Assembly (NCBI GenBank): GCA_010405405.1
Contig: MU004238.1
Span: 693,530-757,529 of the forward strand
From: Microthyrium microscopicum
Taxonomy: Eukaryota
Length of the DNA: 64,000 nt
Reading direction: 5' to 3'
The notes under the pieces were generated by a model. That model saw only the letters and a program-made list of their open reading frames with translations, did no database searches and had not been told where the DNA came from. This document shows positions 10,482 to 23,700 of this stretch, in pieces; positions within the stretch are counted from its first letter, which is position 1, and each line of letters begins with the position of its first letter. Made by a program: the position numbers and the translations under genes.

Positions 10482-11964
10482 ATTGAAGAGACCATGGGCA
10501 TTCGGCCAGAGTAATCCTATACTGAAAGGTAAATTGTGCGATACTCGATGAATGTCGTCGAGTCGTTGACTCACCAGGAGGTAAGAGCCTAGCGCGGCTA
10601 TCGCACGATCCATAATGCGTCATTAGACGCGCCAAGTACAGATGCGCGCTTAGCACGGGATGCCCTTGCCCCTTTTATTCTCAGCCTCATGATAAACAAA
10701 GCGCTGCTGGTTCCGATTCTTTGTTCCTTTGCAGCATTCCGCAGTCATCTGAAAAGATGATGATGTCTCGGAAACGGTTTCAATTTTTGGTAAAATGCAA
10801 AAGCCGATTTTGCTTTCAATCAAAGTCGTCTGAACCAAATGGTTCCTTTGCAACACACGTCCTTCGTAAAGACAAGTCAAGAAAGCCCACCGAGCGCATC
10901 TTGGTCATCAGTGGCGCTCCAATTTCAGCCATCTCGTAGATTTGATTGGTAGAATGCATTTCACTTGATTTGGTACAAAGTACGATAGGGGACGTTTGTA
11001 TTGTAATTGTTCCCGGAAGGCTTCTTCAGCGCAGTCGACCTCGTTCTATGGCATGATCTAATGGTTGTTAGTTAAAGCATTTATCAAATTGTGGTGATCT
11101 CAAGCATACCGGCAGCTGTGGTGCAATTGCAATCCAACGTAGTTATCTCCCGTTCACGGTTGAGTTTGCGCTGGACTGATGTTTCCGTTGCTTTATCCTG
11201 ACGTCTGATTAGCGCAAGTATCGATAACAAAGCAAGTCGTTGCTTGGCATAGAGAACAAAGAGAAGCATCTTACTGAATGTCTGCTTCCTCAAATCCAAC
11301 ACTGAGAGGGCAAGGTCGAGTTTGCAAGCTCCCAGCCTCAAATGTCGAGTCCGCCTGCGGTGTGACAATAAACCAAACCAATGAATGCGAAGAACCTCGA
11401 CATTCCATTGCATATGCTGGGCAGCAAAGCATCGTTCTGTCGTAGAGCGCGATGGGAGACGCCGTAGTTAATGGGAGCGCGCCACTTGTTCCGTGTAGCC
11501 GTTAACAGCCCATGAGCAGGCACTATACAAACCACTTCCAGAGGAGTGACCTAGAAAGAGTTCGATAGCAAAATGAGTACAAGACAATTGTGTTAACATA
11601 ATTTCATTCAAACAAGGCAAACATTTGGTCTATAGGGGGTATATCATAAGCACATTTTCCAACAACCTTCATCGCCAAGGACCCACACCGCCCACTGGCA
11701 AGATCCGCCATCAAAATCAAACAAAAAACATCTTCAAAGGTCTTCGCGGCCTAGGGCAATATTGCCCGAGGCCGAAACTCATCCATCAAGAAAGTGAAAA
11801 ACTGGCTGTGAGTTGAAACAACTCACACGAACAAATACCAAGGATCAACAGCGCTGGGGATCAGATGCCACATGTAACCTGTGGCCACAAACACATGTTG
11901 GGAAAATGGATAGTGCTGGGAACAATCTGAACGACTGGGAGTTCAAGAATTACTCATCGCCGGA

Positions 11965-13989
11965 TCAGTGCTGGAAGCGCTGAGTCTTGTAGGGTGGACC
12001 GCCCTGGGTCTCTTCGCCTTCATTGACGAAATAGTCGCCGTCGTACATGGTAGCCGCATTGTCGTAGGTGCCATCATGGTGGTCCATCCACTGGTTGGAG
12101 CCATGGTGAGGCAGCTGGTATTGAGCAGGCTGACCATGATAGACAGGCACTGGCTGGTTGTTGGTGGTGGTGTAGTGTGCCGGAGCGGCTTGAGCGGGCA
12201 CCTGTGAAGCTGGCTGCTCGCGCTTACGCTTGCGCTCCTTGATGGTCTCTTTGCCAACTTCAAGAGTCTCCTGCTTTCGGCCGTTGTTGGCCGCATTCTC
12301 TTTCTTGACCCGAACAGCCAAAATTGGAGCCACGATAACAGACTCCATCTTGCCACCGTCAAGAATGTCGCTACAGGCGGCCTTGGAAGTTCTCAAAGTG
12401 AAGCAGATCTCCCGAATGCGGTTCTTGAATGACAAGTTGCGGTCCTCCAACGCTTTGGGCTTGACTTTGTAGTCATTGCCCTTTGCTTCCATGGTCGGAT
12501 CCATGGATGGCATGAGGAAGCAGCCAGTCGAGTGCAACTCAACAACGTGATGATACATCTGAATGCATCGTGCCCAGAGAACATTCTGATGATACTTTTG
12601 CGAGACCAGTCGATTGACTTTGTTCTTGGTCTCGGTCTTGTCGTGGAAACGAGAGAAGTTGGTCATCGCTTTGAAGAACTTCTTCGAATACTTCAAGACA
12701 TAAGCATCGTTGGTGGGATTGCGCGGCATATCGTCATGCTCAAGCGGTGCTGGGCGCCACGAATATTGATGCAAGACATCATTGGCTTCTTGCAAAGTTT
12801 GGAAAGAAGGCACAAAGTTCTTGTAGTTCGCCGACACCTGGTCTTGAGGGAGACTGTTCATCTCCTCGAAGTCGGCTTGCAAAATTGCTCGTCGGTCATC
12901 GGAGTCTGACATGTATCCATTATCGTTCTGCTGTGGCCCGCTGACTTGGTTGCCCACAGCGCCCTGATGAGGCACGTTGCCTTGGATGTTTGATGGTGCA
13001 TGGTGAGCCGCAGAGGTAGGTTGCTGGGGCACACGAGATTGCTGAGCTGAGGCTTGGTGTTGACCCTGGGACTGCAAATGACCTTCATGAGACGGACCTG
13101 GAAGATAGGCCGACGGACCTGGCTGGTCATGATAGCCAGTATTGTGCATCTGACCGTAAGCCGGGGTTTGGTCCTGAGCATAGTTCAAGTCGAATCTATG
13201 GCCATGTTGAGCTCCAGAGTGTCCATCCGTCCAGTGCTGATGTGGTTGATCTTCCATGAATCCAGGAACCACATGGGCATCTGCGGGTGACTGATCAGGG
13301 GTTGTAGTGTGATGGGGACCAACAGCTGCCATGGTACCCGAAGAAGAAGCATATTGGTTCAGCTCAGGGAAGCCGAGATTGACCTGGTCAGTTCCGGGCA
13401 TGTTGAAATCAAGCTGACCGCTCTCGTTCATGATGAATTGAACCTTGTGATGCTGCTGAAGAACCAGGAGAATGTTTGCGACGTGGAAGTCCCAGCCAAG
13501 TGCCTTGACTTCGGCTTGGACGTCAATGTTGCACAGTTCTGGAGTGTGAAGAACACGGCTGAGGAACAAGTTGGCCTTTTCCACGCTTCCAGCAAAGCTG
13601 TCGAAAGCTTCGTTATACGCAACGATGCGCGGGAGATCGGAAATGTTGAATGCCTGTCCGTTGGCTTCGTAACGCTTCAATTCTGCAGCCCAATCCACGA
13701 AATCCAATGGGTCAGAAGAATCCTGATGGTGGTTATCGACGCTGATGGCGTCTATCGCACTCGATGGGCGTTGGTAAGAATTCAGAGCGTTGATTTGAGC
13801 AGCTGTCAAACCTAGCTCGGGATGGTGGTGAGAGTCCACGGGAGGCTGTGGTGCTTGGGCAATACGAGAGCTGGCTGGAAGGTGGCTATTAGGCTGGAAT
13901 GACTGGTTGATATGGAAGGCGGGATGGTCTGAGTTCTGGTTAGCAAGACAGTCGCGATTTGCTGTGGTTTTAAGCTTACTTGGAGACAT
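11965..13989 (-). CDS. Uncharacterised 674-aa protein with Q/H/P-rich low-complexity regions and a basic helical C-terminal domain
   Basis: Long single ORF with a TATA box (TATATAAA, minus strand, ~14159-14166) upstream. The C-terminal globular block ends in KKENAANNGRK...KERKRKRE (NLS-like). Confidence 0.85.
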   Translation of the reverse strand: MSPSKLKTTANRDCLANQNSDHPAFHINQSFQPNSHLPASSRIAQAPQPPVDSHHHPELGLTAAQINALNSYQRPSSAIDAISVDNHHQDSSDPLDFVDWAAELKRYEANGQAFNISDLPRIVAYNEAFDSFAGSVEKANLFLSRVLHTPELCNIDVQAEVKALGWDFHVANILLVLQQHHKVQFIMNESGQLDFNMPGTDQVNLGFPELNQYASSSGTMAAVGPHHTTTPDQSPADAHVVPGFMEDQPHQHWTDGHSGAQHGHRFDLNYAQDQTPAYGQMHNTGYHDQPGPSAYLPGPSHEGHLQSQGQHQASAQQSRVPQQPTSAAHHAPSNIQGNVPHQGAVGNQVSGPQQNDNGYMSDSDDRRAILQADFEEMNSLPQDQVSANYKNFVPSFQTLQEANDVLHQYSWRPAPLEHDDMPRNPTNDAYVLKYSKKFFKAMTNFSRFHDKTETKNKVNRLVSQKYHQNVLWARCIQMYHHVVELHSTGCFLMPSMDPTMEAKGNDYKVKPKALEDRNLSFKNRIREICFTLRTSKAACSDILDGGKMESVIVAPILAVRVKKENAANNGRKQETLEVGKETIKERKRKREQPASQVPAQAAPAHYTTTNNQPVPVYHGQPAQYQLPHHGSNQWMDHHDGTYDNAATMYDGDYFVNEGEETQGGPPYKTQRFQH

Positions 13990-14158
13990 TGCAAACGAGT
14001 GCTGAGTGATGGTAGAGGGGTGATAAGTGATGGCTTGGTGTAGGTCGTTTGAAGGAAGATGGTCTGATGGATAGAAAGCTGTAGTAACAAACGAAGAGAT
14101 AGTGAAGTGTGGGTAATGTGTGAGAGGAAGATGATGGTCTGGCTGTGATTGAGAAGAA

Positions 14159-14670
14159 TTTATATACCAACAACTGGCGAGGCCGCAGTGCTCAATGCTC
14201 AGAACCCAGCAACGAGTGACAATAGCATTGAGGACGTATGAGGGAAGTTCACTGCTATTCCTTCTATAATAGCGGTGATTGAGGTGTAGAGTAGGTCAAT
14301 GCTTCACCATATTCTCACCAGAGCAGCTCAAACAGGGGTGGATTCAATGGGATTGTTCGCCCATTGAGACAAACAACACCAAGAGTAGGTGCTCATCAGA
14401 AGGTGCTCAGGGACAGGTGCTGAATGGAGAAGTGAACTAATCCCGGCCTCCTGTAAACCAGAATGAGCGCATGATCAGTTATTACCTATCTTGGGGATGA
14501 AAGAGCCTCACCTCCCGCATAGGCAGCCATTGATTCCATTCAGAGCACCTGCGCAGAGCTATCATTGGTCCATTCAACCTCTCAACTGCTTCGTCGCTGA
14601 GCTGTATTGAACTTCAGCGCATTGATTTACTCTCTGAGCATTGTGAGGGCTCAGAGCAAGCTCAGAACGA
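14159..14670 (-). promoter_or_regulatory. Promoter of the 674-aa gene: TATA box plus a dense cluster of repeated CATTGA/TCAATG and (AGGT)GCTCA motifs
   Basis: CATTGA on either strand at 14192, 14226, 14296, 14344, 14362, 14528, 14620. AGGTGCT at 14387, 14401, 14415 and reversed at 14544. Confidence 0.6.
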
Positions 14671-17600
14671 GGCCATGGGTAAATGTGAAGCTACAGTGTT
14701 GTGTAAAGGTTCAACTTCTTCGGGGTTAGCGTGGATTCCGCCGGAAGAGAGCCGATAGAAGCTATCTCTGCTTGCGCCGTGGGCTATCGTGGGCGGCGTT
14801 GGAGTTGATCATCGCTCCAGATTCCAGCATCCGGTAAGAATTGTGTAACTACGTCCTATTCTAAGTGATATCCACTCCTTCCTAGTGTTCATTGTGATTA
14901 CGCGCTTCACGGTGGGGAGTTCTCGTCGTTTGGCGCCCTCAGTGTCGTCAATTTCTCCGTCTCCTCATAGCAAACGGCAATAGAGCGTCCGTGCACCAGC
15001 AGCTGTCCTTGTTCATAGGCGGAGGTCGTTACTGAATCAATTGAAGTCCCCAGGTGATCATATTTCCAGACTAAAGCGAAGACAAACGGGAGAGAGTTCT
15101 TCACGGTGGGGGAGAGCAACAAGGAAGAGAGGGAGAGGGCTGGGCGTTGTCAGCCGCGAGAATTGTCCAACGATTCCATAAGCATCCATTGTAGTTCTGA
15201 TATGATTGTAATCCTTCCATGCCTACGGGCCAGCCTATCCGGATCAAAGGGTGGGGAGCGAGCCAGTAAATTCAGCAATCGAGGGCGTGGACTATAATTC
15301 AATAGCGGAACAAGGCGGTCTTGAGGGTAGATATCCGAAGATGAGGCAATTGGGCATCGTGCTCTCCAGGGTGGTGGTGCAATCGTTTGGTAATTGAGGA
15401 TGTGTCCATCGTTGATAGTTGCTATGAGGCAGAAAGGCCAGGTTAGGGTCGAAGAAAGTTGTTGGAAAGCTTCAAAACATCTCAGGGGCTGGGTCCATTA
15501 AATATCTTTCAGTGCTGCACCACTTTCTGGTCAAAACTCTAATGTTAGCTTTACGAGTGATGCTCAATTTGAGAATGTAGATCATTAGATGCTGTGACCC
15601 AAATCTTTGACGTGCGAGCCTTCGCCAGCGTGGTCAGTAAGTGTCCCGATTACCGACGGTTATGGGCTCTTCCTGCTCTTGGATTAGTAGCTCAACGGGG
15701 CTCGAAAGCGCAAATGACGTTTTGCGACGAAGAAGATTGTTCTCTCGTCGCAAGGGATCATATAATAGAGTACTGATTTATGGACAGGCCAACCTGAAAA
15801 GCTTTGTTGCGCATGATCTACGCTCCAGGAACTCATTTGAAGATTCAACAGCATGTGCATGAAAGACTTCATCAGATGCTCCTTAAATAGGCGGAATGTC
15901 AGGATAACTGAAGTCGTGAATTCCAGATCAAGCTCAGGGCAATAGTGTGCCATTTCCCCAATACAAAAGATGTATTCAGCTGAAAGCCGAGCATAAACAA
16001 AGCCCGGCGACCTCGCAGAGTGTATTGAGAGCGCATTGTTCGAATAACTCGCATCTGCTTGAGACAATCGGATGACGGTATTATGGCAATGAAAATGATT
16101 ATATCTTGATGCGCAGAAGCAGGTTTTATATATTGTGCTAAGGTTCATCCAATCCAGTGTCCAGCCAAAGTTTACAGGGTGCTGTCCTAGCTCATCGCCG
16201 CCTAGAGACTTACTACGAAGAATATTGTTGCTTAACATCCTGAGTCCAGTCACAGATCATCGCAACTGGACGAGTATAACACGATCTCTCAAGTTACCCA
16301 TGACTCTACATCTTACGCCAGGTCCCATGTGTATCTCGTGGATGTTCGTTACGCGCCGACAGGAAGAAGAAGGGAAAGGGTCTGAAGGAGTCTGGTAGAA
16401 GTAATGGCGAAGGAGGTGTACGATTGCGAGACATCAAGGGCGCTGTTGATGGAAATTCGATTAACCGCCTGGAATTGGCTACTTCCTAGAGGACATGGAG
16501 TCGAATTGAAGAAGTGATGGGGCCCGGCGGGTGGAGTAGCTGCAATCAAACGGTTAGTAATGTCAGCCTAGGTCAGTATCAATGATCATTTGATAGCAGC
16601 CATGACTGAGCCGTTGCCAGTATCTCTCTTCACCCTCAAATCTGGCTGTCTCTGAGCTTGATATATTGGTGGTGGTGGGTCAGCAGCTAAGGAACAGAAG
16701 ATATCACTGCTCAAGACTGACCCAAGCAGCAATACGTAGCAGACTCTTTCACAATTTTCCCAACTTTTGGCCAGAAAGAAGAAGCCCAAGTGGAGATTTG
16801 CTACTTTGACGCTAGGCAAGATTCTGGAAGGGCTGCAGGTAGTCAAGTGTTCTGGAAGGAGCCTTGGGTGGCTCCGGAGCAGGCAAATGGAAGTCACATA
16901 AACTCATCCTCTCCAGCACGAGCTTTGAAATCTACCTCCAAAACACCACAACTGGGCTCTATCACCGACTATTCTCCGATTGGGATGTATATCCGAAGCT
17001 GTCCACAACGGAAGAATCCTTTTTTACATCACCGAAGATCGATGAAATCCGCCTCACCTCCTTGAGTCATCAAAATACCATCATTGTCTGGCACTCGAAA
17101 CCCTTATCGCTCAAGAGAAGTGGATCTGAGGCCTTTCTTCTCCCGCCAAAAACCCATACAGCTCTGGAATACCAATACAGTAACATCCTGCAGAGATACA
17201 GCACCCGCGAACTACCAGATTACACCCTATGGGCTCGAGGAGTCGCCGTTGCTACGGAACTGTAGTCATCGAGATAATTCTATTCGCCATTGAGCAGAGG
17301 AAGCTCGAGGGATTCTTGACGATTGAAAATCTTTGGATTTCGTAAGCTACGTATGATTTCATTGTTTGCTCACCAGCGCTGGTTCGCCCCTGTTAGGAGC
17401 GTATCGCGAGTTCACGAGAAAACAAAGAGAGCTTCAGCGAATCCACGGACAACACGCTGATGTATTAAGAAACAAACTTGAAGTAATTGACCGGAGGTTC
17501 AGTAAAAGAAGAGAAACCTTTGACAATACAGTCCTCCATGAGCATGCGCACACCCCTTAACTCTCGAAAGTCCCTTTGTTTGGATCAAAAATCCCCTCCA

Positions 17601-19628
17601 TACGAGTTGCGCATACCGATCCTGAATGTATGACTCGCCGCGCGACATTACAAATCGATTACGGATTGAACCTCAATTGAAAGAACAATGTAGAGGGACA
17701 AAGAGATGAAGCTGGAGATGTGGCGTTTTGGCAACTTGACTTACCGGGAACGGCAATGGTCTGGTCTGAGAGATGATACGCGCGACAGAAGAGCTTCGGT
17801 TTCTACCATCTGAGGGTCTGGGTCCTTCCAGAAGCAGTTCAAGAGCATAGAACGACACTGGAAGACAATTGAAAGGCATGTTATAAACGAAGAAGAAGAA
17901 GTGTGTTCTTGCGGGTCCCAATGGCTATCACAATCGCTCGGCTTCAACAGAACATATAGCATTCGCCATTGAACCAGCCATAGAGCCAACCACCCGGTTC
18001 GATGATCCAAAACCTCCCAGAAAGCGCTAGGCCCACCAGAGTTGAACAGAAACCGAGAAATTTCAGCAAGCCGACGACACCCAGGGTCATTGCAAATCAG
18101 CAGACAAAGACAAGTCACGATAAAAGCAACATAATGCCTTATCCTTCTCTTCAGCATACCCGTCGAGAATACATTGGCGAAATGGACTTGAGAGGCAAGA
18201 ACAACATCAAAAGTATTGGACTCAACAGCATCACGAAGAACTTTGGATATGCTTACGCGCCGCAACAATTCATACGGCGAGACCCTGAAGTTGTCTGATT
18301 CTCTAGAGATCTTCAGGCGAGCGCAAGTACAGAGCACAATCAAAGCAATATTCGGTTGGCGTCGATTCGTTGAACGCAACTTGGAGCCATCGGCAGCCTC
18401 AGAGCCTCTGCGACGATGGAGTTCATTCGGGGCGCAAATGTCCGGATCAACGCCGCCCTTTGCCAGAATCCAGGTGCGCCATGACCCCCTACGTCTGGCT
18501 CATGAAGCATTCGTAGTTAACGCGGATACTGGAGATTGAGCAAGTAGTCGTTTACAGAAGGATCAACGCATATGAGCAATAAAGCTAGCTCCATATTTTA
18601 TTGCCTAGTCAATGTCTAGGTAATCGACAGTAGTACAGGTAGTAATGAAGAAGGAATGGGTGTAGTTGGGATACCAAATTTCGCCATAGCCCCTGACGGA
18701 CCCAGCTATCTGGGTCGTGTAAGTTGCCTGGTTTATATTTAATATATATTGTCTTGTGACCAGATCTCATTAGTGTCAAAGATGGGGTATCCTTGGACGT
18801 GTTTCTAATAGCCAAAGACCTTGTCTCCGTTGACCTGTATAACTGACAATCTGGAACTCGCGCGATAGAGATAGCGGGTTTCGTCGTTATCACTCACTGG
18901 GAAGTCTCTTCAAAGATACCGCATAAGCTGTTCTACACGATCTATTGCAAATCAAGAAGAACAATCGTCATACTTGCGTCCTCACTTTTTTAAATGGAGT
19001 CATGGACGATATCAGAAGAAGCCAAAGTAGGAACCGACAACCGTCTGTATTGCTAGAGCAATTTAGATCTACTTGACCACTGCCGCGTAAGGCGGACATC
19101 AATGCATACGTGGGATTTAGCTCTTGAGTCCTTTATTAGCAGTGGGGGCACCAATAACGTTGCTGGCTGGACAGCAATATATATCGAGTATCCAGCGTGT
19201 CAGACTTCTCCCTCGGAGACACAACTTCACGCTAGATGGATACCTTGTAGATATTGTCATTGAGTCTTGTATTTTTAGTACATTCCTATTTTTCGGGAAT
19301 GACTTAGATATATCGACCGTCAAGTCTGAAGAATATGTAATACTAGAGCATCAATTCGAGATTGCAAACTAAACCGGGCTTCTTTGTTGCTGGATATTAA
19401 AGAGCAAACCCGACAATGGGGTTGTTGACATTGGCATGTTTTGTAGCGGGGCCGAGGCCAGGGGCTGTAACGAGATCGGAGAGCTATATTCCATGATACA
19501 CGACACTAGAAACATCATCCATATCTCAGTGTGCTATTTCCTTCGCCGACTAGAGCTTGTATCCATTGGTCTCAAAACATTGAAATCAAGGATTGCTTTC
19601 ACAGCCTTATCTCAAGCAACATTGAAGT

Positions 19629-20790
19629 ATGGACAAGCACGACATTCAACGATTTGTGGTCGAAGAGGTACGTGAACTATGCCCTGTAATACAGGGTCGC
19701 CGCGAGAATACTAAAATAAAATTGACGCTGATCATTTAATATGCAACTAGCCTTACCTGGATATATCGTGTTCTCTGGGCGAGGCCCCATTCTGGGACAA
19801 GGCGACTGGCACTCTTCGATTCCTGGATGTCAACAACGGGGAGATCCATATTGTGCATCCTGAGCGCGGACCAAGCTCGCATAAAGTGATCAAAAAGCTT
19901 GATTATCCGATCGGACACACTGCAGATATTGAAAATGATACCCGTCGATTAGTCTACGGCGGCAAAGCGGGTTTCGGCATCTTTGATAAAGAGACGGGTG
20001 TATACGAATATATTGTCAAGTTTTGGGCCAATGATTCTGATGCCGCTAGAAAGGATCATGTCATGAGAGCAAATGATGGTGGAGTTGATTCTCGTGGAAG
20101 ATATTGGCTTGGGGTCATGAACCATCCGTTGATAGAGGCACCGGGGCCTGTTGGTATGTCGTTTTCCCCATACAGTTATGTTCTACGCGTCATTCATTAG
20201 ATTGTTCGCGTACTCAACGATATGCGCTCTATTTCTGGCAAGATTTACACTTCGTACTGGTTGAGGATATCAGGATTGACATTCTCTTGACAGGAACTGT
20301 CTTTCGCTTGGACCCTGATCTTTCGTTGCACAAGATGATTGAGGGAATATCGATTCCAAATGGAGTATCCTGGAGCAAGGATGAAAAGACCCTTTTCATA
20401 GCTGATTCGTCTACTCACGTTATATCCGCTTATGACTACGATATTGAGACGGGCAATATCTCCAACAAAAGACCATTCTTCGACGCCCGAGATATTGGGG
20501 GCGGTGAGCCTGATGGGGAGGCAATTGACGACGAGGATCATATGTGGTCCGCGGTCTATGGCACTGGGAAAGTAATCAGAATATCTCCGGCTGGAAAAGT
20601 GGTGGCAGAGATACAGCTACCAACTCCTTATATCACTTGTCCAGCCTTTGTAGACGATTGGCTTTACGTCACTTCTGCTACGGAAGACCCCAAAGGAGGA
20701 CCCAAACTCCAAGGCGCGTTGTTCAGGTGTAAGGTTGGAGTGAAGGGCATCCCAATTCATAAGTTTAAGCCATCAACTTCGCTGAGTTGA
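19629..20790 (+). CDS. SMP-30/gluconolactonase/regucalcin-family lactonase; introns 19668-19750 and 20154-20293
   Basis: Spliced reading: MDKHDIQRFVVEE|PYLDISCSLGEAPFWD...RANDGGVDSRGRYWLG...PVG|TVFRLDPD...IPNGVSWS...GEPDGEAID...ITCPAF. Canonical GTACGT/GTATGT donors. Confidence 0.93.
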
Positions 20791-23700
20791 GTGATGAGCC
20801 ACATAAAGCTGTTCCCAATGTTAGAGTCTAGTGGCCAGGACAGTTATGCAAGCTTAAGCAGATTATAGATGGATCAGCGAAATGTACACTTCAGATGATG
20901 TTTATGTAGACGCCAAGAGAGAAAATGAACTGTGCGACTTACAACATCGTTTTGGGTCTTGAGAGCAAAATCCTTTATAGTAAGCTTTGAACCGAACTCA
21001 TCAGAAACTACCAGGGTTCTCATACTGGAGAATCAAGCCGCCCAAAAGACTAGAAAGACGATTTGCAATATCTTTCGAGGCAGAGTTATGTACTTGTTGA
21101 TGTCCATCCAATTAAAGTATGACCCGAGTCCAGTCTGTCTCCTATTAGCAGCACTTTATGTTTCAAGATACTGGTAGAGTCGGGAAGATGCTTCGGATTG
21201 CAACATTGGACCGGTGTACTGTGATACAGTTCCATTTATAACAGTGAACCTCTATTTCCGTCTTTTACTTGGCTCTTGATATAGGCTAGGTACCCAAACC
21301 ATTGGAATCATGAGAAAAGGGAGAAGTTGACCAGGACTCTCCAAACCTGGCACAACATGTACCCATTCGCCCAAGGTGATTGATCGCAAGCTAGTACAAC
21401 CTAGTGATCAAACGCCTGCAGCGATGTCTTCAAGTCGGTCGTCCATTTCATCAAGAACAGAATCTGATGATCTGATAAACAAAAGGTGATCTTTAGTCGT
21501 GGCTTCCATAACAGCAAGCATGTTCCTTAGTGTACAAGTATGATAGTCTTGCTTTTTTCTCCTGTCCGCATTGCTCTATCCCGTGGGTACATGCAGCGAG
21601 GCTGAGACAGAGCAAGGACTGAAGAGCTCATTTCAAGATTTCTTTTGTGCTCCAGAATATCAGACAGAGATCCTTGCTCAAAGTAGAAGTATATCCGCGT
21701 CTAATCCAGTGTGGGATTTTGCGCCGAATTAGCAAATTTCCTGGGGGACGAAGAGGCAATTTGATGTCATGTTAAAGATCCAGACCAAGCGAAAGGAAGT
21801 ACTTTTCGGGTGAGTCTGCACGCAAAAGGTACCTAGACTCGCCGCAGAAACACTAGCGGGGTACGGGTGCATATGGCGTAGGGTCTCTTGATACTTCCCC
21901 GCCTCAAAATGAGCAAAAGGGGCTAAAAGAGCGCTGAGACTCCCACATTTACTAAATTAGTGCTGGTGAAGGTTCGCTGTTCAGTGTTTGCCCAATGCTC
22001 CAGGGACAGCAATTCGTTATGATCATTCCTATCCTGTACCTAAGTTAAGTGTACGGAGTAGGCTGTGGAAGATGGTCGAGTTTGATTTTAGATATTCAAG
22101 CCCCCAAAAGGCGCACGACGCGTAGGTACGGTACTGATACTTGCTGGCAGTCCTGCTTGCGTAAGGAGATGTCTCTCCAGGGAAAAAGTTACGCCATGAA
22201 CAGAGGAACCGCGTTGGCGCCGCACATGATCATCATCAGCTGTTGCTCAACAGGCGGCTTGGGCCAGACGAGCTAGGATAAGTTGATAACAGGCTCAGGG
22301 ACTGATTGCTGGGCCTTGACCAGCTGGGTAGATGCATATGCCGTGCAGCAAACAGCGGGCATTATCGTTCAGCACTCCATGTGACAAGCAGGAGATCCTT
22401 TGAGAGGCTGAAAAGCACTTGCAGTACTCCAAGTTCCAACTGCTTCGAAGTCAAGAAACAATGTGACCATTTTATGTAATTTTGTTTTAGTCGATCACAG
22501 ATACAACAAGCTGAAGCCTGCAGTTGATATCATCTTTTGACTAGTACTATAGCATTGAGGAGCCCGACGAGCTGGGCCAGTTCAACATGCGCAACCGTTT
22601 GAGAACTTTGGTTCGGCAAGTACCGTTGCGAACCCGTTTCTTGACGCCGTTTTTCTACTAAACATGAACTATCCGTAAAACTGTCAAGCGCCCGGATGCT
22701 CGGAACAATAACCATGATTTCGAAAATGATTATTCGCAGAAGCAAACAACCTTTTGGTGACGTGACAGGATTGTAATTTAGCCTCAGAACTAGGTAGTAT
22801 TATTACTTGCATGTCATGTCCTGTCTGACACCAGGAAAGTCGGCTCTGTACACAAATGCGTTTAAAATGTGCAGAACCTTCAGGCAATATCAGCACAACA
22901 TAAGCAAATAAATTTAGCGAAAGCGAAGGTAAGATGCAATGATGGCTTTAGAAGCTTGGAAATATCAAGATTGCGGGCCGGGTCCGAAGTGGGATGCATT
23001 TGCATTCTCTCATACTCAACTGTCCTATTCACATCTAAACCTGGGTGTGTATTAATGGTCGCAGAAGAGGTTGCATCACCACTAGTCTTGTGGTCTCAGT
23101 GTCAATGATTCTTGCTCTAGCAAGACTCTAGAATGATGGAAAGGGACGATTTCGTGCATGAGAACCTTCATACTGTGGTCGTTTTGAAACGACAACATGA
23201 TAGTACAAAGCGATTGCTTCCCGTGTTCCCCAAAACCAAGTGGACTAATTTCGATACCTCTATGTCTCCTCAATCAACACCCACGAGGCAGCAATGCCAG
23301 CACTTGAGGGTTTAAGGTTGTATGATTGAAGCTTTGAGAGAACGATATTTGTCACATCGCCAGCATTTTAAGCAAGTTATCTGGGTGGCGCCGGTATTGA
23401 TAGATTCTTCTCTCTGTATTAACCGTATTCTTCGCTGAGGGCTCTGCCACCCGCTCGAAGATCAAGATCTTCAGCCATGGTTAATGAAGTTTGAGTCCTC
23501 ACCAACTGCAAAAATAGATTCTGGTCGCATATCCCTTCCATAATTGTACTGAATTATTACCAACAAGCCAAGAGACAGAAGCTGGTCCGTGTACATTGGA
23601 GAGGAAAGATGTGTAAAGCCAGGTCATTAAATATCCGCGAACAATTCTGCCATCTCTTGACCCTCAATTCGTCATTTAATCTACACATTCGCACAGCTCT

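Noticed and set aside
10482..10613. 44-aa N-terminal extension of RAD2
   Set aside because: XPG/FEN1-family nucleases start at the conserved MG(V/I) motif, so the upstream ATG is probably not used.
15441..15449. GGTTAGGGT as a telomerase RNA template or telomeric relic
   Set aside because: Only 1.5 repeats, with no supporting structure recognisable; compatible with chance.
15684..18379. Minus-strand ORFs of 189 aa (15684..16253) and 212 aa (17741..18379)
   Set aside because: Non-ATG starts, no recognisable motifs and composition like random sequence.
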